A stretch of DNA of 64,000 bases from an uncultured bacterium (lineage in GTDB: Bacteria; Verrucomicrobiota; Kiritimatiellia; RFP12; UBA3636): assembly GCA_902793555.1 (NCBI GenBank), contig CADBEF010000008.1, positions 420-64,419 of the forward strand, read 5' to 3'. Under the pieces are notes generated by a model that was given only the letters and a program-made list of their open reading frames with translations, was not told the DNA's origin and did not search any database. Position numbers and translations under genes: made by a program. This document shows, piece by piece, positions 1-9,785 of this stretch (positions within the stretch are counted from its first letter, which is position 1; each line of letters begins with the position of its first letter).

Positions 1-836
1 TGCGCGCCGGCGCGCAGACCGTGACGGGCGACGGCCGCGGCGGGGTGCAGGCCTCGACGCTCTGCTTCCACCTCGACAACGTCGACACCTACGCCTTCGA
101 GCACCAGGGCAGCATCCGCTACGGCAAGGAGCCGCGCTGCATCGACGCGATCGTCGCCTCGCCGAAGTATCCGCGCATCGACGACGACCACGCCTGCGCG
201 AACCTCGTCGGCCCGGCGGCCGTCGGCCTCAACGCCGGGCACCTGCGCGACGTCGACGCCACCGACCCGCGCTCCACGAGCCCCGCCTACCGCGAGGGGC
301 GGCGATTCGCGCGCGAGTTCCGCGACGCGCTCCGCGAGCACTTCCCCGCCGCGTTCGGCAACGCGCGCATTGCGGCGACCGCGCCCGCGCTCGGCATCCG
401 CGAATCGCGCCGCATCGTCGGCGACTACGTCCTCACGCGCGAGGACTACGTCGCGCGGCGGTCGTTCCCGGACGAGATCTCGCGCAACTGCTACTACCTC
501 TCGCGCAACTGCTACTACCTCGACATCCACGACACGCACGCGGACGGCACCGTGCGCCACGACCCCGTCCGGTACGGCCGCGGCGAATCGCACGGCATCC
601 CGTACCGCTGCCTCGTCCCGCGTGGGCTCTCCGACGTGCTCGTCGCGGGCCGCTGCATCTCCACCGACCGCGAGGTCCAGGGCTCGACGCGCGTCATGCC
701 CGACTGCCTCTGCACGGGCGAGGCCGCCGGCCTCGCCGCCGCGATGGCCGCGCGCCTGCCCGTGCCGGACGTCCGAGCGGTCGACGTCTCCGCCCTGCGC
801 GCCACCCTCCGCGACCACGGCGCCTACCTGCCGTAA
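1..836 (+). CDS. FAD-dependent oxidoreductase (PF12831-like), 5'-truncated by window edge
   Basis: In-frame ORF to stop at 834-836. C-terminal motifs 'GIPYRCLVPRG...LVAGRCIS' and 'TGEAAGLAAA' are shared with the two other FAD oxidoreductase paralogs in this window (6315-8102, 59762-61057). GC3-rich codon usage. Confidence 0.8.
   Translation, partial: RAGAQTVTGDGRGGVQASTLCFHLDNVDTYAFEHQGSIRYGKEPRCIDAIVASPKYPRIDDDHACANLVGPAAVGLNAGHLRDVDATDPRSTSPAYREGRRFAREFRDALREHFPAAFGNARIAATAPALGIRESRRIVGDYVLTREDYVARRSFPDEISRNCYYLSRNCYYLDIHDTHADGTVRHDPVRYGRGESHGIPYRCLVPRGLSDVLVAGRCISTDREVQGSTRVMPDCLCTGEAAGLAAAMAARLPVPDVRAVDVSALRATLRDHGAYLP
480..521 (+). repeat. Perfect 21-bp tandem duplication (tcgcgcaactgctactacctc x2), in-frame, encoding SRNCYYL-SRNCYYL
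   Basis: Read directly from the sequence: 480-500 is identical to 501-521. Confidence 0.95.
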
Positions 837-866
837 AACATCCCGCTGGCACGGGGCGCCGCCCCG

Positions 867-875
867 TGGTAGAAT
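867..875 (+). promoter_or_regulatory. Extended -10-like element TGGTAGAAT upstream of the GH94 gene
   Basis: tggtagaat sits 38 nt upstream of ATG 913. The same TGGTAG(A/G/T)(A/T)T motif recurs upstream of several genes in the window. Confidence 0.35.
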
Positions 876-912
876 AACCGCCGTCAACCGGTTTACACGA
901 GGACCCCGCCAC

Positions 913-3384
913 ATGAGATTCGGACACTTCGACGACAAGGCCCGCGAATACGTCATCGAGACGCCGCACACGCCCTACCCCTGGATCAACTACCTCGGCA
1001 ACGAGGACTTCTTCGCGCTCGTGTCGAACACGGCCGGCGGCTACGCGTTCTACAAGGACGCCCGCCTGCGCCGCCTCACGCGCTACCGCTACAACGACGT
1101 CCCGCTGGACGCCAACGGCCGCCACTTCTACGTGAAGGACGGCGACACGGTCTGGAACCCCGGCTTCAAGCCGACGCGCACGCCGCTGGACTTCTACGAG
1201 TGCCGTCACGGCTTCGGCTACACGAGGATCGCCGGCGCGAAGAACGGCGTCCGCGCGGACCTGCTGCTCTTCGTCCCCAACGGCGCCAACGCCGAGGTGC
1301 AGGTGCTGACGCTCAAGAACGAGTCGAAGAAGCGCAAGAGGCTCGTCCTCACGTCGTTCGTCGAGTGGTGCCTCTGGAACGCGCAGGACGACTGCACGAA
1401 CTTCCAGCGCAACTTCTCCACCGGCGAGGTGGAGGTCCTCGGCGGCGCGATCTACCACAAGACCGAATACCGCGAGCGCCGCGACCACTACGCGTTCTAC
1501 TCCGTGAACGCCAGGCCCGACGGCTTCGACACCGACCGCGAGACGTTCCTCGGGCCGGACGCCGGCTACGACGCTCCGCGCGCGGTCCTTTCCGGCAAGG
1601 CCGGCAACTCGGTCGCGGACGGCTGGTCGCCCATCGCCTCGCACCAGCTCAAGGTCGAGCTCGCGCCCGGCGAGAGCAGGTCGTTCGTCTTCGTCCTCGG
1701 CTACGTCGAGGTGCCCGAGAAGGACAAGTGGACGAAGAAGCCCGAGCGCGGGCTCCTCCAGACGAACCCCGCGATGGCCGTCATCAACAAGGCCCCCGCC
1801 CTCGCGCTGCAGAGGCGCTTCTCGACCGTCGCCAAGGCGATGCGCGAGTTCCGCGCGCTCCGCGCGTTCTGGGACGCGCAGCTCTCGCACTTCGCGCTCT
1901 CCGGAACGGGCGACGCGAAGCTCGAGCGCATGGCGCTCTGGAACCAGTACCAGTGCGTCGTCACCTACAACTTCGCGCGCAGCGCGTCCTACTTCGAGAG
2001 CGGCATCGGCCGCGGCATCGGCTTCCGCGACACGTCCCAGGACATGCTCGGCGTCGTGCACCAGATGGCGCCGCGCGCCCGCGCCCGCCTCTTCGACGTC
2101 GCCGCGACGCAGTTCCCGGACGGCTCCGCGTACCACCAGTTCCAGCCGCTCACCAAGCGCGGCAACGCGGACATCGGCTCGAACTTCAACGACGACCCGC
2201 TCTGGCTCGTCCTGGGCGTCGGCGCCTACGTCCGCGAGACGGGCGACGCGGCCTTCCTGAAGGAAATGGTCCCCTTCGACAACTCGCCGACGGACAAGGC
2301 CTCGCTCTACGAGCACCTGCGCCGCTCGTTCCACTACACCGTGGACCACCTCGGCCCGCACGGCCTGCCGCTCATCGGCCGCGCCGACTGGAACGACTGC
2401 CTGAACCTCAACTGCTTCTCGAAGGACCCGAACGACTCGTTCCAGTGCTGCACGAACAAGGACGGCAAGAACGCCGAGTCCGTGATGATCGCGCAGATGT
2501 TCTGCTACGTCGCGCCCGACTACGCCGCGCTCTCGCGCCTCGCCGGCCGCGAGGACGAGGCCGCGTTCGCCGAGCGCGAGGCCGCGAAGATGGAGAAGGC
2601 GATCTGCAAGGCGGGCTGGGACGGCGAATGGTTTCTGCGCGCCTACGACGATTTCGGCCACAGGATCGGCTCGAAGGCGTGCGAGGACGGCAAGATCTTC
2701 ATCGAGACGCAGGGCTTCGGCTCGATGGCGCGCATCGGCGCGGACAAGGGCTACCCGATCCAGGCGCTCGACAGCGTGAAGAAGCACCTCGACACCCCGT
2801 GGGGCATCGTCATCCTCGACCCGCCCTACCGCCGCTACCACCTGGAGCTCGGCGAAGTCTCGTCCTACCCGCCTGGCTACAAGGAGAACGGCGGCGTCTT
2901 CTGCCACAACAACCCGTGGGTCATCGTCGGCGAGGTCGCGAACGGCCGCCCGCAGCGCGCGTGGGAGTACTACGTGAAGATCGCCCCTGCCTACCTCGAA
3001 AATAGGAGCGACGTCCACCGGCTCGAGCCCTACGTCTACGCGCAGATGGTCGCCGGCAAGGCGGCGCGCCGCCACGGCGAGGCGAAGAACAGCTGGCTCA
3101 CCGGCACGGCCGCGTGGAACTTCGTCGCGCTCTCGCAGTGGATCTGCGGCGTGCGGGCCGAGTTCGGCGGGCTGCGCGTCGAGCCGCGGCTCCCGGCGCA
3201 CGTGAGGAAGGCGACGATCGCGCGCGACTGGCGCGGCGTCCGCTACGAGGTCCGCGTCGAGAACCGCCGCAACGACGGCACCGTCCGCCTGGAACTCGTC
3301 TCCGGCAAGGCGACGGTCGAGGGCACGCTCGTCCGCGCCGCGCGCGGCGAGAGGAAGGTCGTCCTCCGCGCCGTCGTCGGCTAG
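913..3384 (+). CDS. GH94 cellobiose/cellodextrin (or chitobiose) phosphorylase
   Basis: N-terminus 'MRFGHFDDKAREYVIETPHTPYPWINYLGNEDFF' is the classic GH94 start. 823 aa, a typical length. The rest of this long ORF upstream of 913 is Arg-rich out-of-frame junk overlapping the first gene. Confidence 0.9.
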   Translation: MRFGHFDDKAREYVIETPHTPYPWINYLGNEDFFALVSNTAGGYAFYKDARLRRLTRYRYNDVPLDANGRHFYVKDGDTVWNPGFKPTRTPLDFYECRHGFGYTRIAGAKNGVRADLLLFVPNGANAEVQVLTLKNESKKRKRLVLTSFVEWCLWNAQDDCTNFQRNFSTGEVEVLGGAIYHKTEYRERRDHYAFYSVNARPDGFDTDRETFLGPDAGYDAPRAVLSGKAGNSVADGWSPIASHQLKVELAPGESRSFVFVLGYVEVPEKDKWTKKPERGLLQTNPAMAVINKAPALALQRRFSTVAKAMREFRALRAFWDAQLSHFALSGTGDAKLERMALWNQYQCVVTYNFARSASYFESGIGRGIGFRDTSQDMLGVVHQMAPRARARLFDVAATQFPDGSAYHQFQPLTKRGNADIGSNFNDDPLWLVLGVGAYVRETGDAAFLKEMVPFDNSPTDKASLYEHLRRSFHYTVDHLGPHGLPLIGRADWNDCLNLNCFSKDPNDSFQCCTNKDGKNAESVMIAQMFCYVAPDYAALSRLAGREDEAAFAEREAAKMEKAICKAGWDGEWFLRAYDDFGHRIGSKACEDGKIFIETQGFGSMARIGADKGYPIQALDSVKKHLDTPWGIVILDPPYRRYHLELGEVSSYPPGYKENGGVFCHNNPWVIVGEVANGRPQRAWEYYVKIAPAYLENRSDVHRLEPYVYAQMVAGKAARRHGEAKNSWLTGTAAWNFVALSQWICGVRAEFGGLRVEPRLPAHVRKATIARDWRGVRYEVRVENRRNDGTVRLELVSGKATVEGTLVRAARGERKVVLRAVVG

Positions 3385-6143
3385 CGCGCCGCGAGCTCGT
3401 AGGCCATCGTCGGGGCGTTCGCGCCCTCGCCGGCGGCGATGCGCGCGGTGAAACGGTAGACGCCGTTCCCGTAGGTCGCGGGGACTTCGCGCAGGCGGGT
3501 GCCGTCCGCGGCGACCGCCCAGACCTTGAGGCCGGGGTTCGCGTTCTTGAGCGAGATCGTCGCCTCGCCCGCGGCGGCGAGGTACATGTCCGTGCACTTG
3601 TCGTTCGTGAACGCGGCGCCGGTGTTGCGGATGTCGGTGACGTGCAGGACGAGGACGCGCTTGGATTGCGCGAGGCGCGCGCCGTCCATCGACGAGGCGG
3701 AGACGGAGCAGAACGCGGTGACGCCCGAGACGGCAAGCGGGCCGGCGGAGAGGTCCGCCTTGCCGACCGAGCAGACGCCCGCCGTGCGCGGCGTGGCGAC
3801 CTGCAGCGTGCCCTTGTCGTGGTCGATCGCGATCTCGCGCGTGTCGGAGACGCCGGCCCTCTTGAACTTGGGGATCAGGTCCTTGTCCGCTTCGGTGTAG
3901 ACCTTGTCGACCGCGACGGCGGGCTTCCGGCCGCCGTCCGCGACGAACGAGCCGATGCGCGTGGTGTAGGCCAGCTGGGTGAACACATGCGGGAAGAGGC
4001 CCTTGGCCCACATGTCGCCGAGGCCGCCGCCGAACGCCTCGCCGGCGGTGACGCCGTAGGCGGCGGTCGCCTTGGCGGGCGAGGCGTCGCGCCGCCCGAA
4101 GAGCAGCGCGACCTGGCGCTCGGTGAGCTGGCCGATCGGGTCGGTCACGATGTCGAAGCCCTTCGCGGGGCACGGCTTGAACATGTTGGCCTGCGAGTGG
4201 CTCCACGCGAAGCGGTAGACGCCGTCCCAGTCCTGCAGCGAGGCGTACGCGCCCATCAGCAGGCCCGCCTCGGCGCGCCACTTCTTCGGGTTGCAGAAGT
4301 TCCACTCCGTCACGGTGAACGGCTTGCCCCACACGCGCGTGGGCGCCATCATGATCGGCGTCGCGTAGGTCGGGTGGCCGCTCTGGATGTCGGCCGTGTT
4401 GTTGATGTGGAACGCGGGCTTGCTGTAGTCGCCCTGCGGGTGGTCGCTGTACTGGTGGTTGTCCACGACCTCGAGCGCCTCGCGCTCGTAGGTCTGCTGC
4501 TGCGTGTCCCACCAGTTGCCGCCGGAGACCAGCGTCCGCACGCCCGCGTCGTGCAGGCGCTTGGCCATGCGGCGGTTCGCGTCCGCCTTCACCTCGTGGA
4601 CGAACTCGGCGAACTCCTTGTGCTTGCCGATGTCCTTCTTTTCGTACTGCGGGTAGCCCTTGCCCTTCGCCCACTCGTTGTACTTGGCGACGTAGACGTC
4701 CGCCGCGCCCCACCAGACGCTCGCGATCGAGTCCTCGTTGAGGAGCGTGACGAAAAGCACGGACGGCTCGTCCTTCCACTTCGCGCCCGTGTAGGGGTTC
4801 ACGTGGTCGAAGATCTCCATCGCGCGCTTGAACCACTGGTCCTCGGCGGGCCTGTGGATCGGGACGATCGCCTTGACGGTGTTGCAGTTGAGCGGCTTGT
4901 CGAAGCCCTCGCACGAGCCGAGGCACCCCATCGCGTAGAGGTCGAACGTGACGTAGATGCCGGCCTTCTTGCACGCCGCGAGGAGGTAGTCGAGGCGGTC
5001 GAGCTGCTCGGGCGAAATCTCCGGATAGGTGCGACGGTTCCAGATGTCGTTCCACTGGTCCTTCGTGATCGTCACGTCGATGTGGTGGAAGCGGATCGTG
5101 TTCCAGCCGCGGGCGACGAAGTCGCGTACGGCGCGGTCGGCCTGCTCCTTCGAGAGGAAGTTCGCGTCGAAGCAGAGGTTGCCGCCGACGAAGCGGTGCG
5201 GCGTCTTCTTCGCGTCCTTCTCGAACACGAAGTGGCCCTCGGGCGAGACGCGCGCGAAGCCGAACTTTCCCGCGGGCGCCTCGCGCGGCGTGACCTTCGA
5301 GAAGTCGAGGATCGAGCCGGGCTTCACGTCGTTCGTCCAGGGGAACGGCACCCACTTGTCGCCGGCCTCCATTTTCGCGGGCGGCGGCGGAAGGTCGAGC
5401 TTCACGACGCCCTTGCCCTTCTTGAGCGAGTCGGCGAACGCGCCGGAGAAATCGAACTCGATCGTCGAGCTCGCCGCGTTCTTCGCGTCCGGGAAGTCGA
5501 TTCGCAGCTCGAAGCGCTCGAGCTTGTCCTTGCGGCCGTCCCACAGGACCGGGTTGCCCTTCGCGACGGCGAGGCGGAACGTCTTGCCGCCGTCCTTCGA
5601 GACGAGCTCGATCGCGCCCTTGTCGCCGACGCCGATCCACTCCTGGCCGTAGTCGACCGGGAGCGGGGCGCCGGAGACCGTGCCGCCGGCGAAGTCGTTC
5701 AGCGCGAGCGGGAAGCGGACGTAGGCGCGCTCGAGCGCCATCGGCTTGCCGTCCTGCGAGGAAATGGTCCAGCGCACGCGCGCCTTGGCGGGGCCGCCCT
5801 TCGAGACGTCGAAGAACTCCTCGCGGATCGCGAGCCCGCGCGAGCCGGCCCAGATCTTGCCGGTGAAGAGCAGTCCGCGTCCGAGCGCGGGGTCGTCGAC
5901 CGACGCCTTCTTGCCCTCCTTCGTCGCGTAGTCCTGCGCCGTGAACTGCCAGCCGGGGCCGAACGCGACGAAGTTCGCGAAGCCCCAGTCGACCTTGTTG
6001 CCGTCGCGAACGATGCCCTGCACCTGCGGCAGGCCGCGCCCCTCGACGGAGATGTTCGCGGGCGTCTCGCCCCGCGCCGCGGGGACCGCGAGCGCCGCGA
6101 GGGCGGCGAGCGGGAAAAGGGATTGGAGGAACGAAGGCTTCAT
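3381..6143 (-). CDS. Secreted glycoside hydrolase, TIM-barrel clan GH-A (GH5-like)
   Basis: Signal peptide 'MKPSFLQSLFPLAALAALAVPAARG'. Candidate catalytic acid 'LLNEDS' (NEP-like) and nucleophile 'VTEWN' (TE-like). RBS-like AGGAGA upstream. Start chosen at the Met preceding the signal peptide (6143) rather than the ORF-track start 6260. Confidence 0.75.
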   Translation of the reverse strand: MKPSFLQSLFPLAALAALAVPAARGETPANISVEGRGLPQVQGIVRDGNKVDWGFANFVAFGPGWQFTAQDYATKEGKKASVDDPALGRGLLFTGKIWAGSRGLAIREEFFDVSKGGPAKARVRWTISSQDGKPMALERAYVRFPLALNDFAGGTVSGAPLPVDYGQEWIGVGDKGAIELVSKDGGKTFRLAVAKGNPVLWDGRKDKLERFELRIDFPDAKNAASSTIEFDFSGAFADSLKKGKGVVKLDLPPPPAKMEAGDKWVPFPWTNDVKPGSILDFSKVTPREAPAGKFGFARVSPEGHFVFEKDAKKTPHRFVGGNLCFDANFLSKEQADRAVRDFVARGWNTIRFHHIDVTITKDQWNDIWNRRTYPEISPEQLDRLDYLLAACKKAGIYVTFDLYAMGCLGSCEGFDKPLNCNTVKAIVPIHRPAEDQWFKRAMEIFDHVNPYTGAKWKDEPSVLFVTLLNEDSIASVWWGAADVYVAKYNEWAKGKGYPQYEKKDIGKHKEFAEFVHEVKADANRRMAKRLHDAGVRTLVSGGNWWDTQQQTYEREALEVVDNHQYSDHPQGDYSKPAFHINNTADIQSGHPTYATPIMMAPTRVWGKPFTVTEWNFCNPKKWRAEAGLLMGAYASLQDWDGVYRFAWSHSQANMFKPCPAKGFDIVTDPIGQLTERQVALLFGRRDASPAKATAAYGVTAGEAFGGGLGDMWAKGLFPHVFTQLAYTTRIGSFVADGGRKPAVAVDKVYTEADKDLIPKFKRAGVSDTREIAIDHDKGTLQVATPRTAGVCSVGKADLSAGPLAVSGVTAFCSVSASSMDGARLAQSKRVLVLHVTDIRNTGAAFTNDKCTDMYLAAAGEATISLKNANPGLKVWAVAADGTRLREVPATYGNGVYRFTARIAAGEGANAPTMAYELAAR

Positions 6144-6195
6144 GGCTGTCTCCTGGAGGTTCCGTGGCGGGCGCGGTTCCGTCCGCACGCCCTTC

Positions 6196-6204
6196 AGTCT
6201 ACCA
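6196..6204 (-). promoter_or_regulatory. -10-like TGGTAGACT (minus strand) for the GH5-like gene
   Basis: Reverse complement of agtctacca. Followed by a ~50-nt leader with AGGAGA RBS before ATG at 6143. Confidence 0.3.
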
Positions 6205-6300
6205 GAACCCTCCGGACGCGTCCATTGATTCCGTGCCGAATGCCGGCAGTTTCCGTGCACGTCGTCCCGAGCGCGCTTGCCGCCCGGATGCGTTCTGCGC

Positions 6301-6306
6301 TAGAAT
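6301..6306 (+). promoter_or_regulatory. -10 hexamer TAGAAT, 8 nt upstream of ATG (leaderless-type promoter)
   Basis: gcgcTAGAATtggcggccATG. The same TAGA(A/C)T-7/8 nt-ATG arrangement is seen at 54919, 59748 and 63027. Confidence 0.45.
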
Positions 6307-6314
6307 TGGCGGCC

Positions 6315-8102
6315 ATGCAGTACCCAACCCAGCGGCTTTCGGCCGACTTCTGCGTCGTGGGCGGCGGCATCGCCGGCCTCTGCGCCGCGCTCGCCGCGGC
6401 GCGCCACGGCGCCAAAACGGTCCTCGTCCAGGACCGCCCGATGCTCGGCGGCAACGCCAGCAGCGAGATCCGCATGCACATCTGCGGCGCGCACGGGCCG
6501 AACCGCCGCGAGACGGGCCTCCTCGAGGAGATCCAGCTCGAGAACCTGCGCTACAACGCGGGCTCGTGCTGGCCCGTCTTCGACTCCGTCCTCTGGGGCC
6601 TCGCCCGCCGCGAGCCGAACCTGTCGCTCCTGCTCGACGCCTCGGTCTGCGCGTGCGAGACGGCGGAGGACCGCTCGATCCGCTCCGTCCGCGCGTGGCA
6701 GGGCACGACGCAGCGCTGGATCGAGGTCGCCGCGCGCCTCTTCGCCGACTGCTCCGGGGACGCCGTCCTCGCGCCGCTCTCCGGCGCCGACTTCCGCGTC
6801 GGCCGCGAGGCGCGCTCCGAATACGGCGAGAGCGAGGCGCCGCCCGAGTCCGACGCCTGCACGATGGGCAACTCGATCCTCCTCCAGGCGATGGAGTTCG
6901 CGACGCCGCAGGACTTCACGCCGCCGCCGTGGGCGATCGACTTCTCCGCGCCGGACATGCGGCGCTGGGTCCTCAACCGCGGCGCCGACCCGACGGACAA
7001 CAACTACTGGTGGATCGAGGTCGGCGGCGCGGACGACTCGATCGGCAACGCGGAGAAGCACCGCGACGAGCTCCTCCCGATCGCCTACGGCGTGTGGGAC
7101 TGGATCAAGAACAAGTGCGAGGAGCGGGAGAAGTTCCGCAACTTCGGGCTCGAATGGGTCGGCTCGCTCCCCGGCAAGCGCGAGAGCCGGCGCTACCTCG
7201 GCGACCACGTGCTCGCGCAGGGCGAGGTGCAGGCCGGCGGCGACTTCCCGGACGTCGTCGCCTACGGCGGCTGGAAGATCGACAACCACTACCCGAAGGG
7301 CTTCTGGCACGACGGCCCCGGCACCAAGTACACCGACTGCCCGAGCCCGTTCGGCATCCCGTACCGCTGCCTCTACTCGCGCAACGTCCCGAACCTGCTC
7401 TTCGCCGGCCGCGACATCAGCTGCACGCATGTCGCCATGAGCGCGACGCGCGTCATGGCGACCTGCGGCCTCTGCGGCCAGGCCGTCGGCACGGCCGCCG
7501 CCATCGCCGCGCGGGAACACGCGGACCCGCGGGACGTCTCGAAGGGCCCTCTCCTCGCGGAGCTGCAGCGCACGCTCCTCGAGGACGACTGCATGCTGCC
7601 GGGACTTCGCCGCGAGGTCCGCGGCCCCTGCGCCGCGGCAAAGCTCGCCGCGACCGCCGGCGACGGCGTGGGGCGCCTGCGCGACGGAATGGACCGCGAC
7701 TGGGACGACGGCGGTCACGGCTGGCGCGCGCCGCTCGGCTCCGCCGCCGAGTACCGTTTCGCCGAGGAGATCGAGCTGCGCGAGGCGCGCATCGTGTTCG
7801 ACAGCCACCTCGACCGCCGCGAGAAGGGCCGTCCGCTGGGCGGCGACGACATCTGCAGCCAGGGGCGATACTACCGCGCGCTCGCGGACAAGCCGCGCGT
7901 CGTCCCGGAAACGCTCGTGCGAGCCTTCCGCATCGACCGGCTCGACGCCGACGGCTCGTGGAAGCCCGAGGCCGAGGTGACGGACAACCACCAGCGCCTC
8001 GTCCGCGTTCCGCTCAACTGCCGCGCCCGCGGCCTCCGCCTCGTCCCGCTCTCCACCTGGGGCGCACCCGACGCGCACGTCTTCGCCTTCGACGCCCGCT
8101 AG
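6315..8102 (+). CDS. FAD-dependent oxidoreductase (PF12831-like)
   Basis: 'FCVVGGGIAGLCAALAAARHGAKTVLVQDRPMLGGN' dinucleotide-binding motif. C-terminal 'GIPYRCLYSRN...LFAGRDIS'. Start chosen at 6315 (TAGAAT-8-ATG); in-frame alternative ATG at 6288. Confidence 0.8.
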   Translation: MQYPTQRLSADFCVVGGGIAGLCAALAAARHGAKTVLVQDRPMLGGNASSEIRMHICGAHGPNRRETGLLEEIQLENLRYNAGSCWPVFDSVLWGLARREPNLSLLLDASVCACETAEDRSIRSVRAWQGTTQRWIEVAARLFADCSGDAVLAPLSGADFRVGREARSEYGESEAPPESDACTMGNSILLQAMEFATPQDFTPPPWAIDFSAPDMRRWVLNRGADPTDNNYWWIEVGGADDSIGNAEKHRDELLPIAYGVWDWIKNKCEEREKFRNFGLEWVGSLPGKRESRRYLGDHVLAQGEVQAGGDFPDVVAYGGWKIDNHYPKGFWHDGPGTKYTDCPSPFGIPYRCLYSRNVPNLLFAGRDISCTHVAMSATRVMATCGLCGQAVGTAAAIAAREHADPRDVSKGPLLAELQRTLLEDDCMLPGLRREVRGPCAAAKLAATAGDGVGRLRDGMDRDWDDGGHGWRAPLGSAAEYRFAEEIELREARIVFDSHLDRREKGRPLGGDDICSQGRYYRALADKPRVVPETLVRAFRIDRLDADGSWKPEAEVTDNHQRLVRVPLNCRARGLRLVPLSTWGAPDAHVFAFDAR

Positions 8103-8111
8103 CGCGTCATT

Positions 8112-8139
8112 CCCGACCATCAAGACCATCCCGACCATG
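8112..8139 (+). repeat. Three 9-bp units (cccgaccat / caagaccat / cccgaccATG) ending in the start codon of the CE4 gene
   Basis: Member of the GACCATNNN leader-repeat family seen at seven gene starts. Confidence 0.85.
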
Positions 8140-8844
8140 AAACTCAAAGTCTGCACCTGCTGGGACGACGGCGTCCTCAACGACGAACGCCTCGTCGGCC
8201 TTCTCCGCAAACACGGCGCCAAGGCGACGTTCAACCTCAACCCCGGCCTCATGTCCGAGACGCGCGGCGTCCGGGAGTGGGCCACCCCGCGTTCGCCGGG
8301 CTGGAGCCATCTGGGCTTCCGCTGCGGCAAGCTCTCGCTGCGAGACATCCCGGAGATCTACGCCGGCTTCCAGCTCGCCTCGCACTGCTGGTGCCACGAG
8401 AACGCCGGCTCGATGCCGGACGACGAGTGGATCGCGAGCGCCATGCGCGCCCGGACGTACCTGGAGGACGCCGTGCAGCGCCCGTGCACCGGCTTCGCGT
8501 GGCCCTGCGGCGTCACCACGCCCGGCACGATCGCGAAGCTGCGCGAGGCGGGCTTCGAGTACGGCCGCACGACGAAGTACGCGGAGGACGTCCTCGCCGA
8601 GAACCCCGAGCCGATGGCGCTCAAGTCGAGCTGCCATTTCCTCTCGCCCGCGTTCTGGCAGCGCTACGACGAAGCGAAGGCGCGTGGCGGGGTCTTCTAC
8701 TTCTGGGGACACAGCTACGAGATCTTCGAGTACGACCCGCTCTGGGACCAGCTCGAGGGCAAGCTCCGCCTCATCGCCGAGGACCCCGACGCCGAATGGA
8801 TCGACGTCGTCGACCTCGCCCGGATGCTGCCGAAGAAGGCCTGA
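8137..8844 (+). CDS. Polysaccharide deacetylase (CE4, NodB-homology)
   Basis: 'VCTCWDDGVLNDERLVGLLRKHGAKATFNL' (TxDDG-type motif), 235 aa. Starts 35 nt after the oxidoreductase stop, so probably co-transcribed. Confidence 0.85.
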   Translation: MKLKVCTCWDDGVLNDERLVGLLRKHGAKATFNLNPGLMSETRGVREWATPRSPGWSHLGFRCGKLSLRDIPEIYAGFQLASHCWCHENAGSMPDDEWIASAMRARTYLEDAVQRPCTGFAWPCGVTTPGTIAKLREAGFEYGRTTKYAEDVLAENPEPMALKSSCHFLSPAFWQRYDEAKARGGVFYFWGHSYEIFEYDPLWDQLEGKLRLIAEDPDAEWIDVVDLARMLPKKA

Positions 8845-8845
8845 C

Positions 8846-8871
8846 GCGCGGGCGCCCCGGCGTCCGCGCGC
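8846..8871. terminator. Possible bidirectional hairpin between convergent genes
   Basis: gcgcgggcgcc cc ggcgtccgcgc: 11-bp imperfect stem with one mismatch. No clear U-tract. Confidence 0.25.
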
Positions 8872-9785
8872 TAGACGATCGGGCCGTGATAGTCGCGCCA
8901 ACCGAGGATCTTGAGCTGCTCCGAGCGGTAGCGCTGCGGGGAGACGCCGAAGCGGCGCCGGAACAGCGCCGCGAAGTAGGCCGGGTTCGGAAAGCCGCAC
9001 GAGACCGCGACCTCCGAAACCGAGCGGGAGTCGAGCACGAGGCCGCGCGCGGCGTTGAGGAGGCGGATCTCGCGCAGGTGCGCCTGCGGCGTGTCGCGGA
9101 AGACGTCCGCCCACCGCCGGAAGAACGTCCGCCGCGACATCCCCGCCGCCCGCGCGAGGTCCTCGAAATTCGTCTCCTGCGCGAAGCCGAGCCGCATCCG
9201 CTCCTCGGCCGCGCGCAGACGCTGCGCGACGGCGTCGCCCGCGTTCACGCCCGGCCGGCGGGCCCGCGGCGCGTTGAGGCGCGAAGCGACGGGCTTCTGC
9301 GCCAGCAGGTTCGCCAGGACGAACCAGCAGGACGAGTCGATCTCGTCCGCCACGCCGCGCTCCGACACGCGCGGGAAGAGCTCGTCCCGCACGAAGTCGA
9401 CGACCTTCCGCAGCCGCGGCGACACGGAGACCCGCATCACGGGCGCCACGAAGTCGACGCCCGCCAGCTCCAGCAGCGGCATCATCGACGGCTGGTAGAT
9501 GAAGAAGAACGACTCCCGCCACGCGGGCGCGTCGTAGTCGTGCCGCACGCCGGGCCGCTGCACCAGCAGATGCGGATAGGTGGTGCGCCAGGGCTTCCCG
9601 TCGAAGCGGTCCGTCGCCGCCGGCTCGTCGGACCGCAGCCGCAGGCAGAACTCGACCCCGCCCTCGTGCCTGCCGTGGTAGTGCGCGTCGCCGCGGTCCA
9701 CCCACCCGACCGTCGAAACCCGGAACGGGAACTCGGTCACGCGCGGCAGCGCGCCGATGTTGAGCCATTGGAGGGGAGCGGACAT
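8871..9785 (-). CDS. AraC-family transcriptional regulator (cupin N-domain + C-terminal AraC HTH)
   Basis: C-terminal 'RRTFFRRWADVFRDTPQAHLREIRLLNAARGL...CGFPNPAYFAALFRRRFGVSPQRYR'. Start set at 'MSAPLQWLNIG' (9785), because the upstream part of the ORF is low-complexity and GC-poor. Confidence 0.8.
   Translation of the reverse strand: MSAPLQWLNIGALPRVTEFPFRVSTVGWVDRGDAHYHGRHEGGVEFCLRLRSDEPAATDRFDGKPWRTTYPHLLVQRPGVRHDYDAPAWRESFFFIYQPSMMPLLELAGVDFVAPVMRVSVSPRLRKVVDFVRDELFPRVSERGVADEIDSSCWFVLANLLAQKPVASRLNAPRARRPGVNAGDAVAQRLRAAEERMRLGFAQETNFEDLARAAGMSRRTFFRRWADVFRDTPQAHLREIRLLNAARGLVLDSRSVSEVAVSCGFPNPAYFAALFRRRFGVSPQRYRSEQLKILGWRDYHGPIV

Noticed and set aside
694-8348. Very long Arg/Ala/Gly/Pro-rich ORFs in alternate frames and on the antisense strand (e.g. 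694-5640 minus, 3114-8102 plus N-terminal half, 6164-8140, 6300-8348; similar ones throughout, e.g. 37519-40398, 40597-44775, 54716-57799)
   Set aside because: Low-complexity, stop-poor reading frames are expected in 70% GC DNA. They overlap well-supported genes with recognisable domains and have no domain motifs of their own.
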